Assembly: GCA_023205875.1 (NCBI GenBank)
Contig: CP060770.1
Location: 434,001 to 479,965, forward strand
Reading direction: 5' to 3'
From: Chloropicon primus
Taxonomy: Eukaryota
DNA: 45,965 nt
Shown here piece by piece: positions 29,642 to 40,993 of this stretch; the stretch's first letter is position 1, and each line of letters begins with the position of its first letter. Both the position numbers and the translations under genes were made by a program. The notes beneath the pieces are model-generated. The model had not been told where the DNA came from and searched no databases. It worked only from the letters and a program-made list of their open reading frames with translations.

Positions 29642-30164
29642 AAAAGGTTATCAATAAGACAGCAGACGTTACATTCAATCGAGGAAAGGGAAACGGAAAC
29701 GGAGAGAGAGAGAGAGAGAGAGCAGGGAAGAGAGAGATCGAGGGGAGGAGGAGGCTTGAGATCAACCCAATCGTCGGTCCAGGGACAACGGCGCCATGGC
29801 GGGGTTTTCTCTCTCCTCGCTTCTCCTCGCTTCCTCAGAAAAAGTAATGTCTCGTGGAGAATTATCTTTCGGTTTTCGAGTATAACGAACGTCTCCTAGA
29901 GAAATTGTCGTTCGTGGCTCCAAACTGTTTGAATCCAGGCTGTGGATCAGACGAAACGCGAGGAGTGGCGAAGAGGTGAGAAAGGGGACCGATCTGGACG
30001 ACGAGGACGAGGATGAAACACTAAGGGAAGGAGACAGACGTGTTCTACTTCTCTTTCTCTTTCGAATGAGCCCGAACTTGCTTGGAATGGCGGAGGAATG
30101 ACTTGAGGACACGCCACTAACGCGAGATGTTCATCCTTCCTTCTTTTTTTTGTTCAGCATCAGC

Positions 30165-32432
30165 ATGGTGTCGGAATCCCTCCACCGGAGGAACGGCAAG
30201 AGGGTCTACGGCAAGGTCGGGACGAGGAGGTCCTGGTGCGACCGGAAGCCACGACCAGGAACGAGGAAACCGAATGCGGAGGCGCTCTGGGAAGGGAAGA
30301 GGCGTCCAGGCCTGTGGACTTGGAGGAGAAGTCTGGTGGCCTCATCTTCCTCATCTTCCTCATCTTCCTCATCATCCTCGTCCTCGTCCTCGCCTTCGTC
30401 GAGTCAGGCGCCTCCATCGCTCCCGTGGGAGACTCAACTCGGCGTGGACGCCCTGACGGACGAGGGGAAGCTGAAGCAGGCGGTGGTGGAGAGCGAGAGC
30501 CGGTTGAGGTATCTCGAGGCGCTGGTGACGCTCAGGACGCTGTACCGGACTTTTTTGCGTGCCCAGTACTGGATAGACCAGCCGAGGCCGGTGATGGAAA
30601 TATTTCTGGACAAGAGAACGAGTATGGGATCGCGCAACAGTCAGGACGGTGGTTCGGACACGGGTTCGGACCCGTCGGTGGAGTCCAACAACGGGGAGGT
30701 GGACGAGGAGGAGGCCCTCGCCTTCGCCCTGGACGCCTTGGCGGAGATGGCCCTGACCTCGGACCAGCTCAGCACCCAGCTGTATAACGTGCCCGCTGGG
30801 TTCTCTGCCGTGTTCGAGTCCCTGTCGTCCTTGGACCTCGCCGAGAAGGCCCCGCTCTCCGTCGAGAATGTGATCATCACGTTTGGAACTGAGCTCTTGG
30901 AGGAGCTCGCCTCTCGGCTGGACGAGGAGCTTGATGCTCTTCCGTACGCCACCAAGAAGGAGGCGTGGGTCGCGGTCAGGAAGCTCATCACGAACGAGGA
31001 GATGGACGACGAGGACACGAACCAGCATAGCCAGAGCAGGGCGAGCCCGAAGCTGAGGGAGAGGTCGATATTGGCGGGGAGGACGGCCTTCAGGCGCGTG
31101 ATTAGGGCAGAGAAGGCCGCGGAGAAGCTTGTGGAGAGGGTGAGAGCAACGACGTTCTCCAAGGGAGTCGTGGTCGTCGACGGCAGTGGAGAGTCGTCGG
31201 AGGGCATCACTACGGGCCAGGCGGCGAGCTACATGAAGGACGTCTGGATCAGGCTCAACGGAGGCGGAAAAACGGGGCTTGACCTCGTCCCTCTGCCAGA
31301 GAACCTCCCCAGGCCCGCTAAAATCTCCGAGGAGGCGAAGAAGGCTTTTACCATGGGTTCCCCCTCGGAGCTCATCTCCATCTCGGTGGACAAGCTCGAT
31401 AAGGAGCTCAAGGTGGCGAGCAAGGCCAGGGAGACCAAGTTGAGGACCGCTGGAGTCCTGGAGAGGGCCAGGATGGCATCGCTCTCCCGTTCCACTTCGA
31501 CGGAGGGCGACAATAACGGCGGCGCGAGGCCGTCCAGCCTGAAGGAGGCGGAGGAGAACGTCAACAACCTCAGGATGCAGCTGGCGCTGAAGACGTTACA
31601 GCTCGAGATGAGGCTCGTGTTCGAGTACCTGGAGAAGGAAGCCATCCAGATTATTGATGAGAACGGCAACTTTCTGCCGTGGCGCCGAGGAAGCAGCGAG
31701 GAGCTGACCCTGCTGCTGGCGGAGTTTGGCTTGCTGGACAGGAAGACCACCTCGCTGATCGGGAAGGACATGAACAAGCTGAGCGAGGAAGCGAAGGAGC
31801 TCCTCGGCGAGCTGGCGGTCGACGTTCCGGACTTGAGGATGAGGCTGGGCATCACCGACAACGAGGTCGTCTACATGTCCCTGGACACCCGAATCAAGAA
31901 CCTTGTCCTGATGGGCGAGGAGTCGGTGGAGAAGGTCAAGGACGGTTTCATCTTCATGGGGACGGGGAGTAAGCTCCTTGTGACTGACATTGCGACGTGC
32001 GGCAAGCTCTTCTGGAGGGCCTTGCTCGGGGGGACCCTGCAGCCGAGGGAGGTGGAAACGCTCAGAAGGACGGCGAGGGATGTCCTGACGTTCGTGCCCT
32101 TCATTGTGATCCTGATCCTGCCTATCACCCCAGTCGGCCACGTTTTGGTCTTTTCCTTCATCCAGCAGAACTTCCCTGCTCTCTTCCCTTCGCAGTTCAC
32201 ATCCGCGAGACAGAAGTCCATGAGAAGGTACGAGGACCTGAAGAAGCAGCTCGATTCGGTCATGGAGCAGGAGGGCCTGAAGTGGAGGGAGGAGCAGTTC
32301 AACAAGGCCGTGGAGGCCGTGGAGGCGCTCACGGCAAATGTTTCCTCGAAGAAGGAGGACAAGAAGAAGATCTCGCTGCTGGAAGAGTCCCTCGGGGAGG
32401 TCACCAGCGGCACCCCGGAGAGGGAAGCGTAG
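30165..32432 (+). CDS. LETM1-like protein, plant plastid type
   Basis: Arg/Ser-rich transit-like N-terminus, coiled coils, and C-terminal LQPREVETLRRTARDVLTFVPFIVILILPITPVGH...FPSQF. A branch point (CACTAAC) and pyrimidine-AG at about 30114-30157 suggest an upstream intron. TGTAA at 32570. Confidence 0.8.
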   Translation: MVSESLHRRNGKRVYGKVGTRRSWCDRKPRPGTRKPNAEALWEGKRRPGLWTWRRSLVASSSSSSSSSSSSSSSSSPSSSQAPPSLPWETQLGVDALTDEGKLKQAVVESESRLRYLEALVTLRTLYRTFLRAQYWIDQPRPVMEIFLDKRTSMGSRNSQDGGSDTGSDPSVESNNGEVDEEEALAFALDALAEMALTSDQLSTQLYNVPAGFSAVFESLSSLDLAEKAPLSVENVIITFGTELLEELASRLDEELDALPYATKKEAWVAVRKLITNEEMDDEDTNQHSQSRASPKLRERSILAGRTAFRRVIRAEKAAEKLVERVRATTFSKGVVVVDGSGESSEGITTGQAASYMKDVWIRLNGGGKTGLDLVPLPENLPRPAKISEEAKKAFTMGSPSELISISVDKLDKELKVASKARETKLRTAGVLERARMASLSRSTSTEGDNNGGARPSSLKEAEENVNNLRMQLALKTLQLEMRLVFEYLEKEAIQIIDENGNFLPWRRGSSEELTLLLAEFGLLDRKTTSLIGKDMNKLSEEAKELLGELAVDVPDLRMRLGITDNEVVYMSLDTRIKNLVLMGEESVEKVKDGFIFMGTGSKLLVTDIATCGKLFWRALLGGTLQPREVETLRRTARDVLTFVPFIVILILPITPVGHVLVFSFIQQNFPALFPSQFTSARQKSMRRYEDLKKQLDSVMEQEGLKWREEQFNKAVEAVEALTANVSSKKEDKKKISLLEESLGEVTSGTPEREA

Positions 32433-32623
32433 TAGGGGGAGAGGGAAGCGTAGTAGGGGGAGAGGGATCGGGAACGAGTAGTGGTGTCAAAATGGGAAGC
32501 GGAAAGCCGCCAAGTCCCAGCCTTTATTAAGTATTGCTTTTTGACAGTCGTGTGTGTGTGTATAACAAGTGTAACAACCAAGCCATTCTATGACGAATAC
32601 GACGACGACGGCGTGCCAGCAGT

Positions 32624-34177
32624 CTACTCGTTGGTCATGTCCTCGGGCCTGACCCACTTGTCGAACTCCTCCTCGGTCAGGTGCCCAAGCTTCATTCCAG
32701 CCTGCTTGAGGGTGGTTCCCTCCTTGTGCGCGAGCTTGGCGATCGCGGCAGCCTTGTCGTATCCAATGTGCTGGTTCAGGGCAGTGACAAGCATAAGAGA
32801 GCTCTGCATGAGGTGCTCTATTCTGTCCTTGTTGGGCTCGATGCCAACGACGCACTTGTCCGAGAAGCTCACGCACAAGTCAGCGAGCAAGTACACGGAC
32901 TGCAAGTTGGTGTAAGCCATCAGGGGCTTGGCCACGTTCAACTCGAAGGTGGAGCCAGTGGCACCTCCAAGGCAGACAGCCATGTCGTTTCCGATGACCC
33001 TGCTGCAAACCATGAGGGCAGCCTCGCACTGGGTTGGGTTGACCTTTCCGGGCATGATGCTGCTTCCCGGCTCGTTCGCGGGGAGGTTCAACTCCGCGAG
33101 TCCTGCCCTAGGACCGCTGCCCAGAAAGCGAATGTCGTTGCTAATCTTCAAAAGGGACAGGGCGATGGTCTTAAGCGCGCCTCCGAGCTGTGCCTGGGCG
33201 TCGTGGGCGGCGAGGGACTCGAACTTGTTCGGCGCGGTCACGAAGGGAAGGCCGGTGAGCTCGGCCACGTGGGACGCGACCGTCTCCGCGTACTTTGGGT
33301 GGGTGTTCAGCCCCGTGCCCACGGCGGTTCCACCGAGAGCGAGGTCGTAAAGGTCGTCCAGCGCCTGCTGGGCCCTCTTCAGGGACATGTCCATCTGGTG
33401 AACGTACCCGGAGAACTCCTGGGAGAGGGTCAGGGGGGTGGCGTCCATGAGATGCGTCCTGCCGATCTTGATAATGCCCTTGAACTCCTCTTGCTTCTTC
33501 GCCAGGTGGGTCCTGAGGTAAGTCAGGGAGGGAAGCAGCCTGTCGTGAACAGCCAAGGCTGTGGCGATGCTCATGGCGGCCGGGAAGGTGTCGTTCGAGC
33601 TCTGGCTCATGTTGACGTGGTCGTTCGGGTGGACTGGCGACTTGGATCCGACCTCCCCGCCCATCAACTGGATGGCCCTGTTGCTGATCACCTCGTTGAC
33701 GTTCATGTTCGTCTGGGTGCCACTTCCGGTCTGCCAAACGACCAGGGGGAAGTGAGCGTCGAGCTTTCCCTCGAAGACCTCCTTGGCGGCAGCCTGGATG
33801 TTCTTGGACAAGTTGGCGTCCAGCTTGCCCAAAGCCTCGTTCGTGGAAGCGCAAGCGTGCTTCACGATTCCCATGCTCCTGACCACGGGCACAGGGATCC
33901 TCTCCCCGCCAATCTTGAAGTTGTCCTTGGACCTCTGGGTCTGCGCCCCCCACAACACCTTGGCAGGCACCTTGACCTTCCCCATAGTATCGCTCTCCTC
34001 CCTGAACTCCGTTCCCTGCTCATACTCTGGGAACCAGGTCGGGTGCATATCCGTCACGACGCTCAACTTGGACATCGTGTCACAAACAATCGTGCTCAAA
34101 CTTCTCACCAAAGGATTCAAAGTCGTTCGTGCAGCAGTGGATTGATTCGCAGCAACAACAATCCTCCCTGGGAACAT
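32624..34177 (-). CDS. fumC: Fumarate hydratase class II, with probable mitochondrial presequence
   Basis: [47 protein letters not shown], signature [11 protein letters not shown]. In-frame ATGs at 34177 and 34075. Confidence 0.97.
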   Translation of the reverse strand: MFPGRIVVAANQSTAARTTLNPLVRSLSTIVCDTMSKLSVVTDMHPTWFPEYEQGTEFREESDTMGKVKVPAKVLWGAQTQRSKDNFKIGGERIPVPVVRSMGIVKHACASTNEALGKLDANLSKNIQAAAKEVFEGKLDAHFPLVVWQTGSGTQTNMNVNEVISNRAIQLMGGEVGSKSPVHPNDHVNMSQSSNDTFPAAMSIATALAVHDRLLPSLTYLRTHLAKKQEEFKGIIKIGRTHLMDATPLTLSQEFSGYVHQMDMSLKRAQQALDDLYDLALGGTAVGTGLNTHPKYAETVASHVAELTGLPFVTAPNKFESLAAHDAQAQLGGALKTIALSLLKISNDIRFLGSGPRAGLAELNLPANEPGSSIMPGKVNPTQCEAALMVCSRVIGNDMAVCLGGATGSTFELNVAKPLMAYTNLQSVYLLADLCVSFSDKCVVGIEPNKDRIEHLMQSSLMLVTALNQHIGYDKAAAIAKLAHKEGTTLKQAGMKLGHLTEEEFDKWVRPEDMTNE

Positions 34178-35153
34178 CAAGAGAACCAAAACCAAAACCA
34201 AAACCAAAACCAGGAGGGATCAAAACAAACAAGTGGTTGTTGTGGATGCGGATGCCGGGGACGTATTCAATCAATCTGAAAACAAACACGAAGACCAAGC
34301 CAAGCCAAGCCAAGCCAAGCCAAGAAGAAGAAGAAGAAAGGAACGAACGAACGAACGAACGAACGAAGGAATCCTTGCTGGTCAGCATCTGTCCAGAATA
34401 TCCAAACGGAATCTGAATCGTGAACTGAAACTCTCTCCGTCGAGGAGTCAAACGCCTGGTCGTGATTGTCAAGAGGTTCGTAAAGAAGGGACGCAAATCA
34501 AGATGAAGCCCTTGGCCATCCTCCTCCTCTTCCTCCTCCTCCTCCTCCTCCTCCTTCCCTTCCGCCCATGGAGGTAGGCACTTGAGTTGGGTTCATTCCG
34601 TGCTCCCTTCCTCATCCTGGGGCCATTTCACTCATGCAATGGCTCTACGGAAAGATCACGAGACGATAAAGAGAACAATTGAACCTATCTATTCCTCTTC
34701 TCGTCCCTTCCTTTCCTACAACGCCGTCCTTACCTTGCGCCTGGACTCCTCCTCGCCGCTTTTCCCTTCGCTTTTCATTCTCTTCCTTAACCCCATTCCA
34801 AGCCAAATCAAACCATTCCTCACAAGACATCACTTATAGTCGATTCTTCACACAATAACGCGTCTCTTCCATCCAGAGTCGTTATTTCTTGTTCTCAGAA
34901 CGTCTTTGACGAAACGTAGTTCTTGTGGTTGATCGTAGTCGAAGTAACTCCTCTTTTCGTACGTATTTTTATTGTTACCTTTTTCTATGGTAGTAGTAAC
35001 GTCTCGTAGGGTATATTTGTTTCTGGTGTTGTCGGAGGCGCCACAATGGCGGCGGCAGAGGACCAGCGGAGCGGCGACTGACGCAAGAGGCGGCGAGCAC
35101 GAAGAGAGCACACACGAAGAGAGAGAGGAGAGAACACGAGAGGTGAGGAGGGT

Positions 35154-37355
35154 ATGGCGTGGGGACAGAACGCATGGGCGACCGAGGTGGAGGAGGAGGA
35201 GAAGCACCGGGAAGAGGAACAGCAAGAGAAGGAAGAACAGGACCAGGAACAAGGAGGAGAGGACAAGGGGGATGCGAAGCCTAAGGCTTACGTCCCGCCA
35301 ACGAGGAGTGCAGGATATGGTACGGGATTGAGGCCAGAGCAGACGCCTAATGTTGAGGATACCGCTTCGTTTCCTACCCTTGGGGATGCCGCCAACGTCG
35401 TCGTCACCAAGAAGGAGAAGAAGAAGAAGCAGGTGCTGAGCTTAGGCGAGTTTCAATCCTCAAGCGGAGCGTCAGAGGGCTACGGCGGTGGAGGAGGCTA
35501 TGGTGGTGGAGGAGGCTACGGCGGTGGAGGAGGCTACGGCGGTGGAGGAGGCTATGGTGGAGGAGGGAGGTACGGTGGAGGGAGGTACGGTGGAGGGAGC
35601 CAGTCCAGGATGACCGACGACCAGATACTCTTGTCCTTGCCAAGTGGACCCAGCTCCGCGCCGGCGGATGGACCGGACGGGCCAGGAGGTGGACTCGGAG
35701 GCGCCTTCAAGCAGTACGGTGGCGACAGGTACGGCGACAGGGGTGGAGACCGCGATGGTGGAAGGGGCGGATACGGTGGTGACAGAGGTGGGTTCGGTGG
35801 TGACAGAGGTGGGTTCGGTGGTGACAGAGGTGGGTTCGGTGGTGACAGAGGTGGGTTCGGTGGTGACAGAGGTGGGTTCGGTGGTGACAGAGGTGGGTTC
35901 GGTGGTGACAGAGGTGGGTACGGTGGTGACAGAGGAGGATACGGTGGCGATAGGGGCGGATACGGTGGCGATAGGGGCGGATACGGAGACAGAGGTGGAT
36001 ACGGCGATGACCGAAGAGGAGGATACGGTGGCGATAGGGGCGGATACGGAGACAGAGGTGGATACGGCGATGACCGAAGAGGAGGATACGGTGGCGATAG
36101 GGGCGGATACGGAGACAGAGGTGGATACGGCGATGACCGAAGAGGAGGATACGGAGACAGAGGTGGATACGGCGATGACCGAAGAGGAGGATACGGAGAC
36201 AGAGACCGGGACGATGATTACGGCGACCAAAGGGAGTATGAGGAGAGCCGCGCAGACGCCTCTGACAACTGGGGCAAGAACAGGCCAAGCAGACCACCAC
36301 CAGATGAGAGGGATCCCAGGGACCAGGACGACAGGGACGGTTACGGCGATATGCCAGGCCGTGCTGACACGACTGACAGCTGGAGCACCGGAAAGAAGTT
36401 TGTTCCCTCGGGCGACCGCGACGACCCCAGAGACAGGAACTCTGGCGGATTCGGTTCCGAGCGTGCCCCCTCCGAGGGCAAGTGGGGCAGGAAGCCCTTG
36501 CCTGAGGCTCCATCCTCCGAACCCGCCGAGCGTCCCAAGCTTGACTTGAAGCCAAAGTCGGAAGGGGCTGCCGGTGACGGCAAAGATGCTGCCTACGACA
36601 ACAAGGCGAGCCCTTTCGGATCTGCAAGGCCTGTCGCGGTGAAGGAAGTCGCGGACAAGCCAAAGCCCGTGGAGACGACGGAGAGGGACGACGACAGGAA
36701 GCAAAGGTACAGAGAGCCAAGGAGAGATGACTACCAGGAGAGAAGGAGGGGCCCCGAGGACAACAGGGAGAGGCCTGTTCTGAAGCTGGACCCTGTCGCC
36801 AAGGAGGGCCACAAGACCTCGGTTGCTGACGAGTACAAGGGCAAGTCCAACCCATTCGGCAGCGCCAAGCCGAGGGAGTTCAAGCTCGAGGAGCAGGGCC
36901 GGGACTGGAGGAAGGAGGACGCCAAGAGCTACGGCACGAGCCACAGGAAGAAGACGAGGGACGAGAAGCTTCTGTACAAGAAGATTCAGAGGCTCAAGGA
37001 GCTCTGCGAGGAGGGCAAGGGCGAGGAGATCTACACGCCCCCACCAAAGAAGGACAAGGATGGCAACGAGATCAAGCTGACTTCGAGGAAGGAGGACGGC
37101 ACCGAGCAGGAGCAGATCACTAACAAGGCCTTGATGGCCAAGCTGGGGGAGAAGCTGGAGCAGCTTACCTTGAAGCTTGACAGCAAGGTGAGGTACGCAA
37201 AGTACGACAAGGACAGGCCCGAGAGGAGAGACAACGAAAGGCGTGGCGGAGCCGATGCAGACAGGCCCGCGAAGGAAGACGCCGGCGCAACGGAGAGTGG
37301 CGAGAAGCCTGAAAAGGACAAGGGCGAGGGCGAGGGTGCCTGGAGGAAAGTGTGA
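35154..37355 (+). CDS. eIF4B: Plant-type eukaryotic translation initiation factor 4B with expanded Gly/RGG repeats
   Basis: N-terminal WG..AWA.E, SFPTL, LSLGEF, LPSGP, SRAD..DNW, ERPKL.L, and two (S/N)PFGSA(R/K)P(RE) motifs typical of plant eIF4B. TGTAA at 37390. Confidence 0.85.
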   Translation: MAWGQNAWATEVEEEEKHREEEQQEKEEQDQEQGGEDKGDAKPKAYVPPTRSAGYGTGLRPEQTPNVEDTASFPTLGDAANVVVTKKEKKKKQVLSLGEFQSSSGASEGYGGGGGYGGGGGYGGGGGYGGGGGYGGGGRYGGGRYGGGSQSRMTDDQILLSLPSGPSSAPADGPDGPGGGLGGAFKQYGGDRYGDRGGDRDGGRGGYGGDRGGFGGDRGGFGGDRGGFGGDRGGFGGDRGGFGGDRGGFGGDRGGYGGDRGGYGGDRGGYGGDRGGYGDRGGYGDDRRGGYGGDRGGYGDRGGYGDDRRGGYGGDRGGYGDRGGYGDDRRGGYGDRGGYGDDRRGGYGDRDRDDDYGDQREYEESRADASDNWGKNRPSRPPPDERDPRDQDDRDGYGDMPGRADTTDSWSTGKKFVPSGDRDDPRDRNSGGFGSERAPSEGKWGRKPLPEAPSSEPAERPKLDLKPKSEGAAGDGKDAAYDNKASPFGSARPVAVKEVADKPKPVETTERDDDRKQRYREPRRDDYQERRRGPEDNRERPVLKLDPVAKEGHKTSVADEYKGKSNPFGSAKPREFKLEEQGRDWRKEDAKSYGTSHRKKTRDEKLLYKKIQRLKELCEEGKGEEIYTPPPKKDKDGNEIKLTSRKEDGTEQEQITNKALMAKLGEKLEQLTLKLDSKVRYAKYDKDRPERRDNERRGGADADRPAKEDAGATESGEKPEKDKGEGEGAWRKV
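35480..36205. repeat. Coding Gly-rich repeats (18-bp GGGGGY; 21-bp GGDRGG[F/Y]; 60-bp higher-order unit)
   Basis: GGTGGTGACAGAGGTGGGTTC in tandem about 7 times; [14 protein letters not shown] blocks repeated. Confidence 0.9.
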
Positions 37356-37534
37356 ATTAGTGGCTTGCCCGCAGACATTAATAGAAGAGTGTAACAAGCG
37401 GTTAGTTTATTTTGACGAAACCGAAACTACAGGAAGAAGAAAATGAATGCACGATGCACACCCACCCACGCCCACACACACACAAGTGCAGCGGTTATGC
37501 TGTAATTCAGAGGGGTGTTTGTTGCCACTCAAAG

Positions 37535-38854
37535 CTAGAGCCCGGCCTTTCCCTTGGCCTTTGTCATCTTCTTCCTGGCAAAAAGTTTGGAGAAGATCCA
37601 TCCCAAGAAAACCAGCGTCTCCACGTAGAGGATCTGCTTTGATTTGTGCTGGAAACTGCTGACCAGGGCGCAAGCGTCTCGCTTCAGCAAGTTGAGCGCA
37701 GTGATTTGGCCCAAGTAGACGGTCCAAGAGCAGTCCCCCATCCACCTGATCACGCTCAGCCACTGAAAGTGATCAAAGAACAGGACGATGGCGAGAGCCA
37801 GAGCGCTTCCCGCGATGTGGTTCAGGATCTCCCAAATGTGTTGCCTGCACGGCTCGCACCCCCCTGGATGCTTCCTCCAGTGGATCCTATCCATCACCGC
37901 GGACACGATCATCGCAAAGGCGGCGAGAGGGACGCTCCACTCCCACCTCTTGATCCTCTTGCGAAAGGTGGAGAGCCACATCCCGATCAGCGTGTAGCCG
38001 ACCCACCTGTGCCACCAAGTCAGCGTGTACACAGAGTTGTACATGTTGCAGTCCATGGCGACGCTGGACGTCATCCGTTCGGTGAGCCCGTGGATCTCCG
38101 TGTCCAGGACCTCCCTGGACAGGGAGGCCACCGCAACCATCGGCGGTACCAGGGCTCCGATCAGTCTCTCCCTGTTCTTCAACAATTGGATGATCACCAG
38201 GAGCTGGAGCATGGGGAAGACGAACCATGCTCCACCCATGCATGGCGCGAAACCAAACACCGCGGAGACCCAAAAAGTGCAGTGCTCCATCACATTGTAG
38301 TGATCGATGAAGCCGGAGCCATCGACGTACCTGTACGTCCAGTTGAAGAGGACAAAGGCGTACCAAGGTTCCAGGAGTATCGAGAACCTGTCCACGAGCT
38401 TGTACTTGGAGCTCGCACCGAGACCAGTCATGCCCATCGCGACGAAGAGCATCGCGACTGCGCGATCCACGACGTGGTTGTAGAAGAAGTTAGCCTTCCA
38501 GCACTTGGAGTGGATGATCATCACGAACACCATGCAGAGGGCCTTGAGTGTCGCGAGGCCAGTCGAGTACTGGGACTGGGACTGGGACCCACCGACCCCA
38601 TCTACTCTTGCCCGACTCGGGGCCGCTGCCCTCTCAGTCATCCTGCTCGCGACTGGCGAGACCAGGAGCGAGAGAGCGAGGACGCCCACCACACTCGAGG
38701 CGGAATACCTCGTCCAGTCTGGGTTCGTCCAGGCCGCCCAAGGCAGAACGACTGCTCCCCAAGCGCACGCCACCAAGGAGCACGCCAGAGCTCCCCGGCT
38801 CAGCACACCCATCGCATCGCTCTTCCACCGGTGCGCCCGATGCTTAAGCTCCAT
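37535..38854 (-). CDS. Multi-pass membrane protein, acyltransferase-3 (OafA/NodX-like) family candidate
   Basis: About 10 hydrophobic segments. GLATLKALCMVFVMIIH (cf. LDxLRxxAxxxVxxxH), AVAMLFVAMG (cf. AVxxFFxxSG), WFV...Q, WMGDCSWTVYL (cf. LGxxSYxxYLxH). First ATG is 38854. Confidence 0.6.
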   Translation of the reverse strand: MELKHRAHRWKSDAMGVLSRGALACSLVACAWGAVVLPWAAWTNPDWTRYSASSVVGVLALSLLVSPVASRMTERAAAPSRARVDGVGGSQSQSQYSTGLATLKALCMVFVMIIHSKCWKANFFYNHVVDRAVAMLFVAMGMTGLGASSKYKLVDRFSILLEPWYAFVLFNWTYRYVDGSGFIDHYNVMEHCTFWVSAVFGFAPCMGGAWFVFPMLQLLVIIQLLKNRERLIGALVPPMVAVASLSREVLDTEIHGLTERMTSSVAMDCNMYNSVYTLTWWHRWVGYTLIGMWLSTFRKRIKRWEWSVPLAAFAMIVSAVMDRIHWRKHPGGCEPCRQHIWEILNHIAGSALALAIVLFFDHFQWLSVIRWMGDCSWTVYLGQITALNLLKRDACALVSSFQHKSKQILYVETLVFLGWIFSKLFARKKMTKAKGKAGL

Positions 38855-39283
38855 CACCACTGCCTCCTCGCCAAGAAAATGTTCACAAGTGGAAGCACAA
38901 GATGAAGGTGAAGCTGATGTCTCTCTTGCCTACAACCGGAGACTCCTTTTCGATCCCAAGGCCAGAGCTGCACGTGGGACGAGGTCAAGGCACTTGGGTT
39001 GATGTGGCGTCACACACTCTCTCACACTCTCTCCCCCCCTTCCCTTCCTCCCCCCCTTCCCTCCTCCCGGGTATCGTATGGTATGGTATTGCTTGACAAC
39101 CCCTTGCCTTGAGTTCCCAAGGTCCCACCTTTTTGCGTTTCTCCAAGGGAAGGAGGGCCCACTAATGGAATTGGATTGGATTGGATTGGATTCTTTGCCT
39201 CAAGAGTGATCCTCCCTTGCTCCTGCTCCTCCCTTGCTCCTCCCTTCCTTGCTCCTCCCTCTCTCTCTCTCTCGTCTCTGGCA

Positions 39284-39321
39284 CCTAAAACCTAAAACCT
39301 AAAACCTAAAACCTAAACCTA
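39284..39321 (-). repeat. Interstitial telomeric repeat (CCTAAAA)4 + CCTAAA, inverted relative to the terminal telomere
   Basis: Exact reverse complement of the TTTTAGG/TTTAGG units at 45760-45839. Confidence 0.9.
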
Positions 39322-39529
39322 CCAGCAGCGCGTGGGCCACACCGCGCCTCTGTGCGGCCGCTTTCACTCCACGGCGGAGAAAAGAAACCCGAGGGGGGAT
39401 CACTCACTGGATAGACGGAGACGAGACGTTTCATCCACAACAACGACATCTTCATCATCTTCATCATCTTCATCATCTTCATCATCTTCATCATCTTCAT
39501 CAAGGGAGGCGAGGTGGAGGCGACCGACG

Positions 39530-40747
39530 ATGGCGAGTGGAAGCGTGTTGAGTCCCAAGGGGTTCCAGTGGCGGGGGAAGGGCTTGGATGGGAAGGAAGG
39601 GCGATGCCGTGGGATGCATCCACACGGATCCCTTCAGTGGCGTTGTGGAGGAGGGAAGGCCAAGGTGCCAAGGTGCAGGTCATCCACCAAGGGGAGGGAG
39701 GAGGAAGGAGGCGATGCCTTGCGTCTTCGTCTTCGTCTTCCGAGGATGGGAACGGGGACGTGGGCCTGGGGGAATCAGCTTGTTTGGGGGTACGAGGAGG
39801 GCATGGACGAGGAGCTGAGAGAGGTGTTCGAACTCGCGGTGGAGAGGACGGCGACGTCGGGAGCGGGAGCCATCTTTGACACGGGGGACTCGTACGGCAC
39901 CGGGAGGCTCAACGGGCGGAGCGAGGTTCTGCTGGGAGACTTTCGCAAGAAGCGTCGTCGTCGTCGTGGCCAAGGGGAGGGGGCTGGTGGTGATAGTGAT
40001 GGCGTGATTATCGGGACCAAGCTGGCGACGTACCCGTGGCGCCTGACGCGCGGGAGCCTCGTGAGGGCGTGCGAGGCCTCCCTGAAGAGGCTCCAGCTGG
40101 ACAGAATGGAGCTCGTCCAGCTCCACTGGCCCGCCGCCAAGTACAACCCCCTTCAGGAGAGGGCTCTGTGGGAGGGCTTGGGCGATATCCACGACAAGGG
40201 CCTCGCTCAGGCGGTTGGCGTTTCGAACTACGGGCCCAAGCAGCTGGTGAAAATCCACGGCTACCTCCGTGAGAGGGGCGTCCCGCTGGCCACGTGCCAG
40301 GTGCAGCTCTCCCTGCTGTCCTACGGATCCCTGCAAAGGGAGTTGCTCGCTGTTTGCGAGGACCTCGGCATTCATGTGATCGCGTACAGCCCCTTGAGTC
40401 TCGGTATGCTCACGGGAAAGTACAGCAAGGGGGAGGGCAACACGAACACGATGCCCAGGGGCTTGAGGTCTCTGCTGTTCGGCAGAATCCTTCCCAGGGT
40501 GCAGCCTCTCACGAACGAGCTGGAGGCCGTGGCCACGGACCTCCGAGCCTCGCCTTCTCAAGTCGCGATCGCTTGGTGCATGTCCAAGGGGACCATCCCG
40601 ATCCCAGGGGCCAAGAACCTCGAGCAGGCCAGACTCAACTTTGGGGCGCTGGACTTGGAGCTCTCCGACCAGCATTGCCAGGCCTTGGAAGCCGCCGCGA
40701 AGAGGTGCACCGCGAGCATGACGACCAACGTGTTCCAGACCAAGTGA
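39530..40747 (+). CDS. PLR1: Aldo-keto reductase, pyridoxal reductase (plant PLR1-like, probably plastid-targeted)
   Basis: GTWAWGNQLVWGY, FDTGDSYGTGRLNGRSE (catalytic D, Y), TKLATYPWRLT (K), QLHW, GVSNYGPKQL, AYSPL, PIPGAK, C-terminal NVFQTK. First ATG is 39530; true start uncertain. Confidence 0.85.
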   Translation: MASGSVLSPKGFQWRGKGLDGKEGRCRGMHPHGSLQWRCGGGKAKVPRCRSSTKGREEEGGDALRLRLRLPRMGTGTWAWGNQLVWGYEEGMDEELREVFELAVERTATSGAGAIFDTGDSYGTGRLNGRSEVLLGDFRKKRRRRRGQGEGAGGDSDGVIIGTKLATYPWRLTRGSLVRACEASLKRLQLDRMELVQLHWPAAKYNPLQERALWEGLGDIHDKGLAQAVGVSNYGPKQLVKIHGYLRERGVPLATCQVQLSLLSYGSLQRELLAVCEDLGIHVIAYSPLSLGMLTGKYSKGEGNTNTMPRGLRSLLFGRILPRVQPLTNELEAVATDLRASPSQVAIAWCMSKGTIPIPGAKNLEQARLNFGALDLELSDQHCQALEAAAKRCTASMTTNVFQTK

Positions 40748-40993
40748 AGGGGAAAGGTTCGAGGGAGAATCGAGTTGGACCGACGGGTAACGGACGGGGA
40801 CGAGCGCAAAGAGTGGAAAGAGTCGATGCAGGTGATGCAGGTCCTCGGTGAAAAAAAGATTGCTTGTCGTCGTCCAAGTAAAAATACATTGTAAGTAGTA
40901 AGGTTACACAGTTTGGATACCGCGCGCAAGAACAAAGTCCAGTTGGATGGTGATGCTGGTGCTTGGTGATGAATGATGCCCTGCTTATCAACA

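Noticed and set aside
32416..32467. 21-bp tandem duplication spanning the LETM1-like stop codon
   Set aside because: Local slippage; the protein end is unchanged.
39284..39530. Interstitial CCTAAAA tract as a telomerase RNA template
   Set aside because: Templates are about 1.5 repeats, not more than 4, and no Pol III promoter or terminator or conserved structure is evident.
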